Shown here: positions 18,507 to 27,434 of the stretch, in pieces
Layout: each line of letters begins with the position of its first letter
Numbering within the stretch: position 1 is the first letter of the stretch
NCBI RefSeq assembly: GCF_947495705.1
Contig: NZ_CANLZR010000006.1
Location: 87,664 to 151,663, forward strand
Direction: 5' to 3'
Length of the DNA stretch: 64,000 nucleotides
From: an uncultured Phycicoccus sp.
Lineage (GTDB): Bacteria; Actinomycetota; Actinomycetes; Actinomycetales; Dermatophilaceae
Notes under the pieces: model-generated
Databases searched by the model: none
The model's input: only the letters and a program-made list of their open reading frames with translations
Told to the model about the DNA's origin: nothing
Translations under genes and position numbers: made by a program

Positions 18507-19820
18507 GTGTCGAGTCGGACGGGGCGCAGGTCGCTGGCCCGTGGGGCCGGTCTCGTCGCCGTCGGCATGACCGCGATGAACGTCGCCGCCTACGCCTTCA
18601 CCCTCGTCGCGGCCCGGCGGCTCGGCCCCACCGAGTACTCGGCCGTCGCCGCGCTCATGGGGGTCGTCCTCGTCGCCAACGTCATCGCCCTGGGGGTCCA
18701 GGCGACGACGGCCCGGCGGGTGGCGGTGGCCGGCCCCGACCGGGACCCCGGGCCCCTCGTCGCGGCGGGCCGCCGGGCCGCCGTGGTGCTCGCAGCCGCG
18801 GCCCTGGCCCTCTCACCGCTCGCAGCGGCCGTCTTCCGCCTTGACTCCTGGATGACGGCGGCGCCCGTCGCGGTCACGGCCGGCGCGCTGACCGTCACGG
18901 GCGTCCGGCTCGGGCTCGCCCAGGGGCGGCGGCAGTGGGGCCGGTTCGCCGCGCTCAGCGTCGCCAGCGGCGCCGGGCGGGTCGTCGTGGGCGGCGCAGC
19001 GCTGTGGGTGTGGCCGTCCGCGTTCGGCGCGATGGCCGGGGTCGCCCTCGGGGCCCTCGTACCGGTGGCGGTGGGTGCCGTCCTCGTCGCCGACCCCCCG
19101 GGTGCGTCGCCGCGCGGCGCGTCGGCGCTCGGGGTGGTCCGCGAGGTGCTGCACGACTCGCACCTCCTGCTGGCGTTCTTCGCGCTGACCCAGGTCGACG
19201 TGTTCGTGGCCCGGGCCACGCTGCCCACGGCCGAGGCCGGGCTCTACGCCTCCGGCCTCATCCTCGCCAAGGCCGTCCTCTTCCTCCCGACCTTCGTCAC
19301 GGTGCTCGCCTACCCGGTGCTGGCGCGCCGGAGCCACCACCGGCACGTGCACCACCGGGGCCTGCTCATCATTCTGGGCATCGGCCTCGTGGCGGTGTGC
19401 GGCGTCTTCGTCCTGCCCGACCTCGGGCTCGCCTTCGTCGGGGGGCCCGCCTACGCCGACGTCCGGGGGCAGCTGTGGGTGTTCGCCTCCCTGGGCACCG
19501 CCACCGCGATGGTGCAGCTGCTCGTCCAGACCGCCGTGGCCCGCCAGCACCGCACCGCGGTGGCCTGGGTGTGGGGTGCCCTCGTCGCGGTGCTCGCCGG
19601 GGTGCCGTTCGTCGAGGACGGCCGGGGGCTGCTGCTGCTCGTGCTGGCCGTCGACGTGGCCCTCCTGACGGTGCTGCTCGTCGTCACGTGGTCCGACGAC
19701 CCCGCCGTCCCCCTGGAGGAGGACGATGCCGTGGCCGAGGCGCTGAGCACGGCCGAGGGCGACGACGGAGCGTGGGTCAGTGCGCGGCGTCGTGCCAGGA
19801 GCGGCCGACGCCGACGCTGA
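18507..19820 (+). CDS. MOP-superfamily polysaccharide flippase (Wzx/MurJ-like)
   Basis: 437-aa ORF with about 12-14 TM segments. It opens GAGLVAVGMTAMNVAAYAFTLVAARRLGPTEYSAVAALMG, as polysaccharide biosynthesis proteins do. The last 44 nt overlap the polA 3' end (convergent). Confidence 0.75.
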   Translation: MSSRTGRRSLARGAGLVAVGMTAMNVAAYAFTLVAARRLGPTEYSAVAALMGVVLVANVIALGVQATTARRVAVAGPDRDPGPLVAAGRRAAVVLAAAALALSPLAAAVFRLDSWMTAAPVAVTAGALTVTGVRLGLAQGRRQWGRFAALSVASGAGRVVVGGAALWVWPSAFGAMAGVALGALVPVAVGAVLVADPPGASPRGASALGVVREVLHDSHLLLAFFALTQVDVFVARATLPTAEAGLYASGLILAKAVLFLPTFVTVLAYPVLARRSHHRHVHHRGLLIILGIGLVAVCGVFVLPDLGLAFVGGPAYADVRGQLWVFASLGTATAMVQLLVQTAVARQHRTAVAWVWGALVAVLAGVPFVEDGRGLLLLVLAVDVALLTVLLVVTWSDDPAVPLEEDDAVAEALSTAEGDDGAWVSARRRARSGRRRR

Positions 19821-22488
19821 CGTCGAGCGGGACGTCGAGCACGGTGGCGGCGCCCATCTCGCGGCGGACGAGTGCCTCGACGGCGTCGCGCTCCCCCGGC
19901 GCCACCTCGAGCACCAGCTCGTCGTGCACCTGGAGCAGCATCCGGCTCGTGGCGCCCTCGGCCCGCAGCGCAGCGTCGACGCCCTTCATCGCGAGCTTGA
20001 TGATGTCGGCGGCCGACCCCTGGATGGGCGCGTTGAGCGCCATCCGCTCGGCGCCCTCGCGGCGCTGCCGGTTGTCGCTGAGCAGGTCCGGGAGGTACCG
20101 GCGGCGGCCCAGCATCGTCGCCGTGTAGCCGGTGGCCCGGGCCTCGGCGACGACCTCGCGCAGGTAGTCGCGCACGCCGCCGAACCGGGCGAAGTACTCG
20201 TCCATGAGGCCCTGGGCCTCCCCGGTGGAGATGGTCAGCTGCTTGGAGAGCCCGAACGCGGACAGCCCGTACGCGAGGCCGTAGCTCATCGCCTTGACCT
20301 TGCTGCGCATCTCGGGGGTGACGTCCTGCGGCTCGACCCCGAACACCCGGGCGCCGACGTACCGGTGCAGGTCCTCGCCGGTGCGGAAGGCCTCGATGAG
20401 GCCCTCGTCGCCGGACAGGTGCGCCATGATGCGCATCTCGATCTGGCTGTAGTCGGCCGACAGCAGCGACTCGAAGCCGTCGCCGACGACGAACACGTCG
20501 CGGATGCGCCGCCCCTCCTCGGTGCGGATCGGCACGTTCTGGAGGTTGGGGTCGGTGGAGCTGAGCCGGCCGGTGGCCGCGATGGTCTGGAGGTAGGTCG
20601 TGTGGATGCGCCGGTCGGGCGCGACGGACTTGATGAGCCCCTCGACGGTGACCCGGAGCCGGCTCGTGTCGCGGTGCCGCAGCAGTGCCTCGAGGAACGG
20701 GTGCTCGGTCTTGGCGAAGAGGTCGGCCAGGGCGTCGGCGTCGGTGGTGTACCCCGTCTTGGTCCGCTTCGTCTTCGGCATCCCGAGCTGGTCGAAGAGC
20801 ACCTCCTGGAGCTGCTTCGGGCTGCCGAGGTTGACGTCGTCGCGGCCGATCGCCTCGTAGGCGTCGAGCTGGGCCTGGCGCATCTTGGCGGCGAAATCGG
20901 CCTCGAGCGCGGCGAGCGCGGCCTCGTCGACGGCGATGCCCGTGCGCTCCATCTGGGCCAGGATGTCGACGAGCGGCAGCTCGAGGTCGCGGAGCAGCCC
21001 GGTGCCCCCGGTCTCCTCGACCTTCTCGGCCAGCACCGCGGACAGCTCGAGGACGGCCCGGGCCCGCACCATCGCGTCGCGCTCGGCGGTGTCGTCGTCG
21101 GGGTCGACGTCGAAGGACAGCGTGCCCTGCCGGCCCTGGTCGCCCGCGGCCTCGGTGTCGGCGGTGAGCTCGCGGCCGAGGTGGCGGACGACGAGGTCCT
21201 CGAGGTCGTAGGAGCGCTGGTCGGGGCGGACCAGGTACGCGGCGAGCGCGGTGTCGCTGACGACGCCGTGCACGGCCAGGCCGCGGGTCGACAGGGCCTG
21301 CAGCTGGGGCTTGGCGTCGTGCAGGATCTTGGGGGCGTCGGGGTCGGCGAGCCAGCCCGCGAGCACGGACTCCTGCTCGGGGGTGAGCGCGGTGAGGTCG
21401 AGGGAGGCCGTGGCGCCGTCCTCACCGGCGAGGGCGATGGCGGCGGCGTCGCCGGACCCGGCTCGGTACTGCCCGGACACGACGACCCCGTGCGGCAGCC
21501 GCCGCCCCGGCGCCCCGTCGCCGAATCGGACCGCGAGGTCGTCGGCGGTGAAGATCTCGCCGTCGAGGTCGAAGCCGCCCTCGACCTCGTCGGACTCGAC
21601 GTCGAAGGTCTGGAACAGGCGGTCCCGCAGCACCCGGAACTCGAGGCCGTCGAAGACGCGGTGGACCTCCTCGCGGTCCCACGAGGCGCGCTCGAGGTCG
21701 GCGACCCCGACGGGCAGCTCGAGGTCGTCGACGAGACGGTTGAGGCGGCGGTTGCGCAGGACGTCGTCGAGGTGGGCGCGGAGGTTCTCGCCGGCCTTGC
21801 CCTTGATCTCGTCGGCGTGCGCGACGATGCCGGTGAGGTCGCCGTACTGGCCGATCCACTTCGCGGCCGTCTTCGGCCCGACGCCGGGGATGCCGGGGAG
21901 GTTGTCGCTGGACTCCCCCACGAGGGCCGCGAGGTCGCTGTACCGGTTCGGCGGCACGAGGTACTTCTGCTCGACCGTGGCCGGGTCCATGCGCCACACC
22001 TCGGAGACCCCGCGCACGGGGTAGAGCAGGGTGACCTTGTCGGTGACGAGCTGGAAGGCGTCGCGGTCGCCGGTGCAGATGACGACCTCTCCCCCGGCCT
22101 CGGTGGCCTGACGGGTGAGGGAGGCGATGACGTCGTCGGCCTCGTAGCCCTCCACCCCCACATGCGTGATGCGCAGCGCGTCGAGCACCTCGCGCAGCAG
22201 CGGCAGCTGCCCGGAGAACTCCGTGGGGGTCGTGGCCCGGCCGGCCTTGTACTCGCTGTACTGCTCGAGGCGGAAGGTCTGCCGGGACACGTCGAAGGCG
22301 ACCCCGACGTGGGTGGGGGCCTCGTCCCGGAGGACGTTGATGAGCATCGCGGTGAAGCCGTAGACGGCGTTGGTGTGCTGGCCGGTGCTCGTCGAGAAGT
22401 TCTCGGCGGGGAGGGCGAAGAACGCCCGGTAGGCCAGCGAGTGTCCGTCGAGGAGGAGGAGCTTCACGCGTGGCAGCCTAACGACCAT
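19777..22488 (-). CDS. polA: DNA polymerase I
   Basis: 3' part of ORF 19777..22818(-). 5'-nuclease N-terminus KLLLLDGHSLAYRAFFALP; polymerase motif A LLSADYSQIEMRIMAHLS, motif B RSKVKAMSYGLAYGLS and motif C LLQVHDELVLEV; ends GRSWHDAAH. The start is either ATG 22488 (MVVRLPRVK...) or GTG 22467 (VKLLLL...). Confidence 0.97.
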   Translation of the reverse strand: MVVRLPRVKLLLLDGHSLAYRAFFALPAENFSTSTGQHTNAVYGFTAMLINVLRDEAPTHVGVAFDVSRQTFRLEQYSEYKAGRATTPTEFSGQLPLLREVLDALRITHVGVEGYEADDVIASLTRQATEAGGEVVICTGDRDAFQLVTDKVTLLYPVRGVSEVWRMDPATVEQKYLVPPNRYSDLAALVGESSDNLPGIPGVGPKTAAKWIGQYGDLTGIVAHADEIKGKAGENLRAHLDDVLRNRRLNRLVDDLELPVGVADLERASWDREEVHRVFDGLEFRVLRDRLFQTFDVESDEVEGGFDLDGEIFTADDLAVRFGDGAPGRRLPHGVVVSGQYRAGSGDAAAIALAGEDGATASLDLTALTPEQESVLAGWLADPDAPKILHDAKPQLQALSTRGLAVHGVVSDTALAAYLVRPDQRSYDLEDLVVRHLGRELTADTEAAGDQGRQGTLSFDVDPDDDTAERDAMVRARAVLELSAVLAEKVEETGGTGLLRDLELPLVDILAQMERTGIAVDEAALAALEADFAAKMRQAQLDAYEAIGRDDVNLGSPKQLQEVLFDQLGMPKTKRTKTGYTTDADALADLFAKTEHPFLEALLRHRDTSRLRVTVEGLIKSVAPDRRIHTTYLQTIAATGRLSSTDPNLQNVPIRTEEGRRIRDVFVVGDGFESLLSADYSQIEMRIMAHLSGDEGLIEAFRTGEDLHRYVGARVFGVEPQDVTPEMRSKVKAMSYGLAYGLSAFGLSKQLTISTGEAQGLMDEYFARFGGVRDYLREVVAEARATGYTATMLGRRRYLPDLLSDNRQRREGAERMALNAPIQGSAADIIKLAMKGVDAALRAEGATSRMLLQVHDELVLEVAPGERDAVEALVRREMGAATVLDVPLDVSVGVGRSWHDAAH

Positions 22489-22918
22489 GACCGACACCTC
22501 CGACCGCATGGCGGCCGTCGCCCGGATGCGGGCGATGAACCCCCACTCACTGATGGACCGGATGGGCATCGAGATCGTCGAGGCCGCGCCGGACCGGCTC
22601 GTCGCGACGATGCCGGTCGAGGGCAACACCCAGCCGTACGGACTGCTGCACGGTGGCGCCTCGGTGGTCCTCGCCGAGACCCTCGGCTCGATGGGCGCGG
22701 CCCTGCACGCCGGCGCGGACCGGGCCGTCGTCGGCCTCGACATCAACGCCACCCACCACCGCGCGGCCCGCTCCGGGATGGTCACCGGCACCGCGACGGC
22801 CCTGAGCCTGGGGCGCACCCTCGCGTGCTACGAGGTGGTCGTCACCGACGACGAGGGGCGCCGGATCTGCACCTCGCGGATCACGTGCCTCATCCGGGAC
22901 GCCGCCCCCGGCGCCTGA
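22487..22918 (+). CDS. PaaI-family hotdog-fold thioesterase
   Basis: 143-aa ORF with motifs MPVEGNTQPYGLLHGGASVVLAETLGS and GTATALSLGRTLACYEVVVTDDEG. Confidence 0.85.
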   Translation: MTDTSDRMAAVARMRAMNPHSLMDRMGIEIVEAAPDRLVATMPVEGNTQPYGLLHGGASVVLAETLGSMGAALHAGADRAVVGLDINATHHRAARSGMVTGTATALSLGRTLACYEVVVTDDEGRRICTSRITCLIRDAAPGA

Positions 22919-22958
22919 GGGCCGCACCGGCCCGAACCTCGCGGTTCCTCCACGGGGA

Positions 22959-23002
22959 GGTCAGCGCCCGGTCAAGCCTCGGTCAAGCGCTGGTCAAGAA
23001 CC
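22959..23002 (+). repeat. four tandem 11-bp direct-repeat units (core GGTCA[A/G][G/C]); candidate response-regulator operator
   Basis: GGTCAGCgccc (22959), GGTCAAGcctc (22970), GGTCAAGcgct (22981) and GGTCAAGaacc (22992). Spacing is exactly 11 bp. The array lies 44 nt upstream of the DUF1800 GTG. Confidence 0.6.
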
Positions 23003-23045
23003 CGGGGTCCGGGCCCCTTCGACCGACGCGGACCTGGCTGAACGG

Positions 23046-24776
23046 GTGAGGCCGGGGGCCCCGCGGCCCCGGATCATCGACGACGTGCCCACGGATGTCC
23101 CTCGCCGCTCGTCGGTCCTCGCCGCGCTCTCCGCCGCTGTCTGGGCGCTGCCCGCCGACGCGGAGGCCGTGTCCACCGCCGCCGCGGCCCCCACCCCGGC
23201 GCCCCCCGTGGAGGAGACGAAGCCGCTGCTGTCCTACGACGGCGCGGAGCCCGTCGCCGTGACCGCGCCGGCCGCCGCGGTCGTCGACCGCGCCTACCCG
23301 TGGCAGCCCCCGGTCCGCACGACGAGCCGCACGACCCGCCAGACCTCCGCCGCCAGCACCCTCGACCCCGCCGTGCACCTCGCCCGCCGAGCCTCCTGGG
23401 GGGCGACCCCGGACCTCGTCGCCCAGATCCGCTCCATGGGTCGCACCGCGTGGGTCGACGCCCAGCTCGACCCGGCCTCGATCGCCGACCAGAGCACCGA
23501 GTCGCTCGTGGCCGCCCAGTGGCCCCGCCTCGCGATGGCGATCTGGGAGGTGCGCGACGCGTACTGGCCCAGCTCCACCGGGGACCTCGGCACCGACGTC
23601 ATCCAGGCGTACGTGGCCCGGGCCCTGTGGTCGCGCCGACAGCTGTTCGAGGTCATGGTCGACTTCTGGACCAACCACCTCGTCGTGACCGCCCCGTGGG
23701 GCGACGCCTGGGATGCGGTGCACCGGTACCACATCGACGTGATCCGGGGCCACGCCCTCGGCCGCTACGCGGACCTCCTCGTCGCCGCGGCGCAGCACCC
23801 GGCGATGCTCAACCAGCTCGACAACGGCTCTTCCACCAAGCGCGCGCCGAACGAGAACTTCGGCCGCGAGCTGCTGGAGCTGCACACGGTGGGCGTCGGC
23901 GGCGGGTACCCGGAGTCGGACGTGCTGCGCTCGGCCCTGGTCCTGACGGGCCTCTCCACGGAGCGCGAGAGCGGGGAGTACCTGTACCGCCAGATCCGCC
24001 ACCACCGCGGCCGGCTCTCGGTGCTCGGCTGGTCCGACGCCAACGACTCGGCGTACGGCGAGCAGGTCGCCACGTCCTACCTCACCTATCTGGCCCGGCA
24101 CCCGAAGACCGCCCAGCGCATCGCGACCAAGCTCGCGGTCCGGTTCGTGTCCGACGACCCCCCGGCCGCGCTCGTCGACCGTCTCGCCCAGGTCTACCTC
24201 GACCACGACACCCGGATCGCCCCCGTCGTGCGGGCGCTGCTGCTGTCCCCGGAGTTCGCGGCCTCGGCCGGCCAGAAGACCAAGCGCCCGCTCGAGAACA
24301 TGATCTCGACCGCCCGCACCCTGGGGGTCCAGCCCGGCCAGGACACCAAGGGCTGGCTCGCCGAGCTCGTCTGGTCGGCGAAGGTCGCCGGGCAGGCGCC
24401 GATGGGCTGGCCCGCCCCCAACGGCTTCCCGGACGTGGCCGCCGCGTGGGCCGGGGCCGGCACGACGATGGCCTCCTGGAACTGGCACATGGCCCAGGGC
24501 TGGGAGGCCATGCAGACCTCGACCCCGCGGGTCGCCTACCCGAGCTTCCGCACCCTGCTGCCCGACACCCTGCCCGCCACCTACGGCGCCCTCGTCGACG
24601 CCCTGGCCTCCCGGCTGCTCGACGGCCCGCTGCCGACCGCCAAGCGGGACGCCGTCTGTGCGTTCCTCGACAAGACGGCGGCATCGACCCTGAAGTCCAC
24701 CGACCCCGTCCTCGGCTGGCGCCTGCCCTACGTCGTGGCGCTCGTCCTGGACAGCCCCGAGTTCGCGACCCGTTGA
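23046..24776 (+). CDS. DUF1800 domain-containing secreted protein
   Basis: 576-aa ORF. Signal-like RRSSVLAALSAAVWALPADA, then HLARRASWGATPDLV, WVDAQLDP, FWTNHLVV and HPAMLNQLDNGSSTKRAPNENFGRELLELHTVGVGGGY. An alternative start is GTG 23085. Confidence 0.85.
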   Translation: MRPGAPRPRIIDDVPTDVPRRSSVLAALSAAVWALPADAEAVSTAAAAPTPAPPVEETKPLLSYDGAEPVAVTAPAAAVVDRAYPWQPPVRTTSRTTRQTSAASTLDPAVHLARRASWGATPDLVAQIRSMGRTAWVDAQLDPASIADQSTESLVAAQWPRLAMAIWEVRDAYWPSSTGDLGTDVIQAYVARALWSRRQLFEVMVDFWTNHLVVTAPWGDAWDAVHRYHIDVIRGHALGRYADLLVAAAQHPAMLNQLDNGSSTKRAPNENFGRELLELHTVGVGGGYPESDVLRSALVLTGLSTERESGEYLYRQIRHHRGRLSVLGWSDANDSAYGEQVATSYLTYLARHPKTAQRIATKLAVRFVSDDPPAALVDRLAQVYLDHDTRIAPVVRALLLSPEFAASAGQKTKRPLENMISTARTLGVQPGQDTKGWLAELVWSAKVAGQAPMGWPAPNGFPDVAAAWAGAGTTMASWNWHMAQGWEAMQTSTPRVAYPSFRTLLPDTLPATYGALVDALASRLLDGPLPTAKRDAVCAFLDKTAASTLKSTDPVLGWRLPYVVALVLDSPEFATR

Positions 24777-24784
24777 GGCCTCCC

Positions 24785-26125
24785 ATGACCGACCTCGCCA
24801 TCCCGTCCGACGCCGCCGACGCGCCCGCCGCCCCGCCCGGCGACGGCGAGTGCGGCTGCCCCGACTACGTCCGGGCCGGCCTCGCGCTGTCCCGGCGCGG
24901 CGTGCTCGGCAGCGCGACCGGTCTCGGCGCCCTCGCCGCCGGGGTCGCCCTGGCCCCCACCGCCCAGGCGGCGACGTCGCTGACGTTCGCCGACAGCGGC
25001 TACAGCGGCGACACCCTCGTGGTGCTCTCCTTCCGCGGCGGCTTCGACGGGCTCTCGGCGGTCGTCCCGGTCGCCGAGGCCGCGTACTACGCCGCCCGAC
25101 CGAACATCGCCGTCCCGGCGTCGCGGACGCTGGCCCTGGACAGCCGGTTCGGGCTGCACCCGGCACTCGCGCCGCTGCTGCCGCTGTACACGAGCGGGAA
25201 GCTGGCGGTCGTCAACTCCGTCGGCCAGCCGAACCCGACCCGCTCGCACTTCACCGACATGGACGAGATGGAGCGGGCCGCCCCGGGCTCCTCGCTGCGG
25301 ACCGGCTGGCTCGACCGGATGGTCGGGGCCACGACCACGCCGGGCACGTTCGCCGGGACCGCGATGGGCGCCACGAGCGCACCCCGGTCCTTCCTCGGCC
25401 CGTCGGTCGAGCTCGCGCTGCGGTCGGTCGACTCCTTCCAGCTCTCCGGGGCAGGGAACGCCACCGAGGTGGCCCGGTGGACGACGGCCCTGCGGGCGCT
25501 GCACGACGGGGCGGCCGACCAGTACGCCGTCCCGGCCGAGGCCGCCCTCGGGGCGCTCGCGACGACGACGGCGCTCAAGGCCGCCGGCTACTCCCCCTCC
25601 GGGGGCGCGTCCTACCCGTCCGGGTCGCTCGCCGACGCCCTGCGCGACACCGCACGGCTCGTCAAGGCCGGCGTCGGCCTGCGGGCCGTCACCATCGACT
25701 CCGGCAACTGGGACATGCACGCCGACCTCGGGCGCAGCGACGGTGGGTGGATGCACGACCAGCTGACCTCGGTGGGCAAGGCGCTCGCGGCCTTCATGAC
25801 CGACCTCGGCAGCGTGGCCGACCGGGTGACCCTCGTCACCCTGTCGGAGTTCGGCCGCCGGGTCGCCGAGAACGGTTCGGGCGGGGTCGACCACGGCTAC
25901 GGCAACGTGTCGTTCGTGCTCGGTGGCGGCGTCAACGGTGGCAAGGTCTACGGCGCCTGGCCCGGCCTGGCCCCGGACCAGCTCCTGGCCGGTGACCTTC
26001 CGGCGACGACGGACTACCGGTCGGTGCTCGGCGAGATCCTCGAGCGGCGCTGCGGGCTGACGGCCGGGACGGTGCTCCCCGGCCTGCCGAGCGCGCGCCT
26101 CGGGGTGGTGCGGGCCCGTACGTGA
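24785..26125 (+). CDS. DUF1501 domain-containing Tat-exported protein (alkaline-phosphatase/sulfatase-like fold)
   Basis: Internal ATG of ORF 23300..26125(+); 446 aa. Tat signal SRRGVLGSATGLGALAAGVALAPTAQA, then LVVLSFRGGFDGLSAVVP, NWDMHADLG and LSEFGRRVAENGSGGVDHGYGNVSFVLGGGVNGGKVYG. Confidence 0.88.
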   Translation: MTDLAIPSDAADAPAAPPGDGECGCPDYVRAGLALSRRGVLGSATGLGALAAGVALAPTAQAATSLTFADSGYSGDTLVVLSFRGGFDGLSAVVPVAEAAYYAARPNIAVPASRTLALDSRFGLHPALAPLLPLYTSGKLAVVNSVGQPNPTRSHFTDMDEMERAAPGSSLRTGWLDRMVGATTTPGTFAGTAMGATSAPRSFLGPSVELALRSVDSFQLSGAGNATEVARWTTALRALHDGAADQYAVPAEAALGALATTTALKAAGYSPSGGASYPSGSLADALRDTARLVKAGVGLRAVTIDSGNWDMHADLGRSDGGWMHDQLTSVGKALAAFMTDLGSVADRVTLVTLSEFGRRVAENGSGGVDHGYGNVSFVLGGGVNGGKVYGAWPGLAPDQLLAGDLPATTDYRSVLGEILERRCGLTAGTVLPGLPSARLGVVRART

Positions 26126-26143
26126 CGCCGCGCCGCGGGTGTC

Positions 26144-26707
26144 TCAGGCGGAGCGGGTCGGCACGAAGGCCCGCTGCCGCAGGCTCCGCCGGCGGCGGGT
26201 CAGCTCCAGGCCCGTCTCGGCGGTCTCGGGTGCGAGGCGCCGTCGCAGGGTGCCGGTGGCGACGACGCGGCGGGTGACGACCGACCCGAAGCCGAGCCGC
26301 GCGAAGAACCGGTTGGCGTCGCGGCTCGTGGTCGGGACGTTGGACACGAGCTGCTCGCACCCGGCGCGCTCGGCACACGACAGCACGGTGGCGAGCAGGG
26401 CCTTCGCGACGCCGTGCCGGCGCGCCTCGGCGCACACGTACAGCTGCTCGATGGCCACCTCGGCGGTCGGCGCAAGCCCGAACGGGTTGTCGGTCGTGAT
26501 GGCGTACCCGACCGGGGTGCCGTCGAGGGTGGCCACGAACGCCTGGACGCCCGGGCGGCGCAACGCGGTCGAGAACCGGCCGTCGGCGACGGCCCGCGCG
26601 CACACCTCGGGGCTGGTGCCGGCCTCGACCCGGGCCTCCAGCCACAGGGCCGTCACGTGGGTCAGGTCGTCGCCGACCGGCAGCACCTCGACGGGGCGTC
26701 GTCCCAC
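26144..26707 (-). CDS. GNAT family N-acetyltransferase
   Basis: ORF 26144..26764(-). Start set at GTG 26707, preceded by AAGGAGG plus 4 nt; 187 aa. Acetyl-CoA motif ARRHGVAKALL and C-terminal FFARLGF. Confidence 0.85.
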   Translation of the reverse strand: MGRRPVEVLPVGDDLTHVTALWLEARVEAGTSPEVCARAVADGRFSTALRRPGVQAFVATLDGTPVGYAITTDNPFGLAPTAEVAIEQLYVCAEARRHGVAKALLATVLSCAERAGCEQLVSNVPTTSRDANRFFARLGFGSVVTRRVVATGTLRRRLAPETAETGLELTRRRRSLRQRAFVPTRSA

Positions 26708-26839
26708 GGAGCCTCCTTGCTCGAGCGCCCCGGCCTGGGGCGCGCCATCGTCACCACCGCACACTATGTCCCTCGCGGGTGGGCCCGCGGAAGGGGGTGT
26801 GGCCCGCGAAATTCGCCGACCGGCGACCCGCGGCGTGGG

Positions 26840-27433
26840 TCAGGCGTTCTCCATGCCGGCGATGACCGCGTCGGCCACCTCGCGCATGCCCATCCGCCGG
26901 TCCATCGCGGTCTTCTGGATCCAGCGGAAGGCGTCGGCCTCGCTGATCTTCAGCTTCGCCATGAGTACGCCCTTGGCCCGGTCGACGGCCTTGCGGGTCT
27001 CGAGCCGGTCGCCGAGGTCGGCGACCTCGGCCTCGAGGGTCTTCAGCTCGGCCCACCGGGACAGGGCGATGTCCAGGGCCGGGGTGACGTCGCCCGCCGT
27101 GAACGGCTTGACGACGTACGCCATGACCCCGGCGTCGCGGGCCCGCTCGACGAGCTCGCGCTGGCTGAAGGCGGTGAGCATGACGACCGGGCAGATGCGC
27201 TCGCCACCGATGGTCTCGGCCGCGGTGATGCCGTCCATGACGGGCATCTTGACGTCCATGATGACGATGTCCGGGTTCAGCGACCTGGCCATCTCGACGG
27301 CCTGCTCACCGTCGCCGGCCTGGCCGACGACGTCGTAGCCGGCCTCGCGGAGCATCTCTGCGAGGTCCAGCCTGATGATGGCCTCGTCCTCGGCGACGAG
27401 GACACGGGTGGGGGTGGGTGCACTCTGACTCAT
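26840..27433 (-). CDS. pdtaR: ANTAR-domain response regulator (PdtaR-like)
   Basis: Internal ATG of ORF 26840..27511(-); 197 aa. Receiver domain [37 protein letters not shown]...[13 protein letters not shown]...[31 protein letters not shown] region [44 protein letters not shown]. The tracked 5' extension runs through the tRNA. Confidence 0.93.
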   Translation of the reverse strand: MSQSAPTPTRVLVAEDEAIIRLDLAEMLREAGYDVVGQAGDGEQAVEMARSLNPDIVIMDVKMPVMDGITAAETIGGERICPVVMLTAFSQRELVERARDAGVMAYVVKPFTAGDVTPALDIALSRWAELKTLEAEVADLGDRLETRKAVDRAKGVLMAKLKISEADAFRWIQKTAMDRRMGMREVADAVIAGMENA

Positions 27434-27434
27434 G

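Noticed and set aside
19780-23049. 1089-aa plus-strand ORF antisense to polA
   Set aside because: Same situation. polA on the minus strand has all the polymerase and 5'-nuclease motifs. The antisense product is repetitive (GD/VE/LG-rich) and runs across the real thioesterase gene in another frame.
26144-26707. GNAT downstream of pdtaR as a GNAT-type toxin of a toxin-antitoxin pair
   Set aside because: There is no small RHH/DUF1778-type antitoxin ORF upstream or overlapping. The gene has its own strong SD and a 132-nt spacer.
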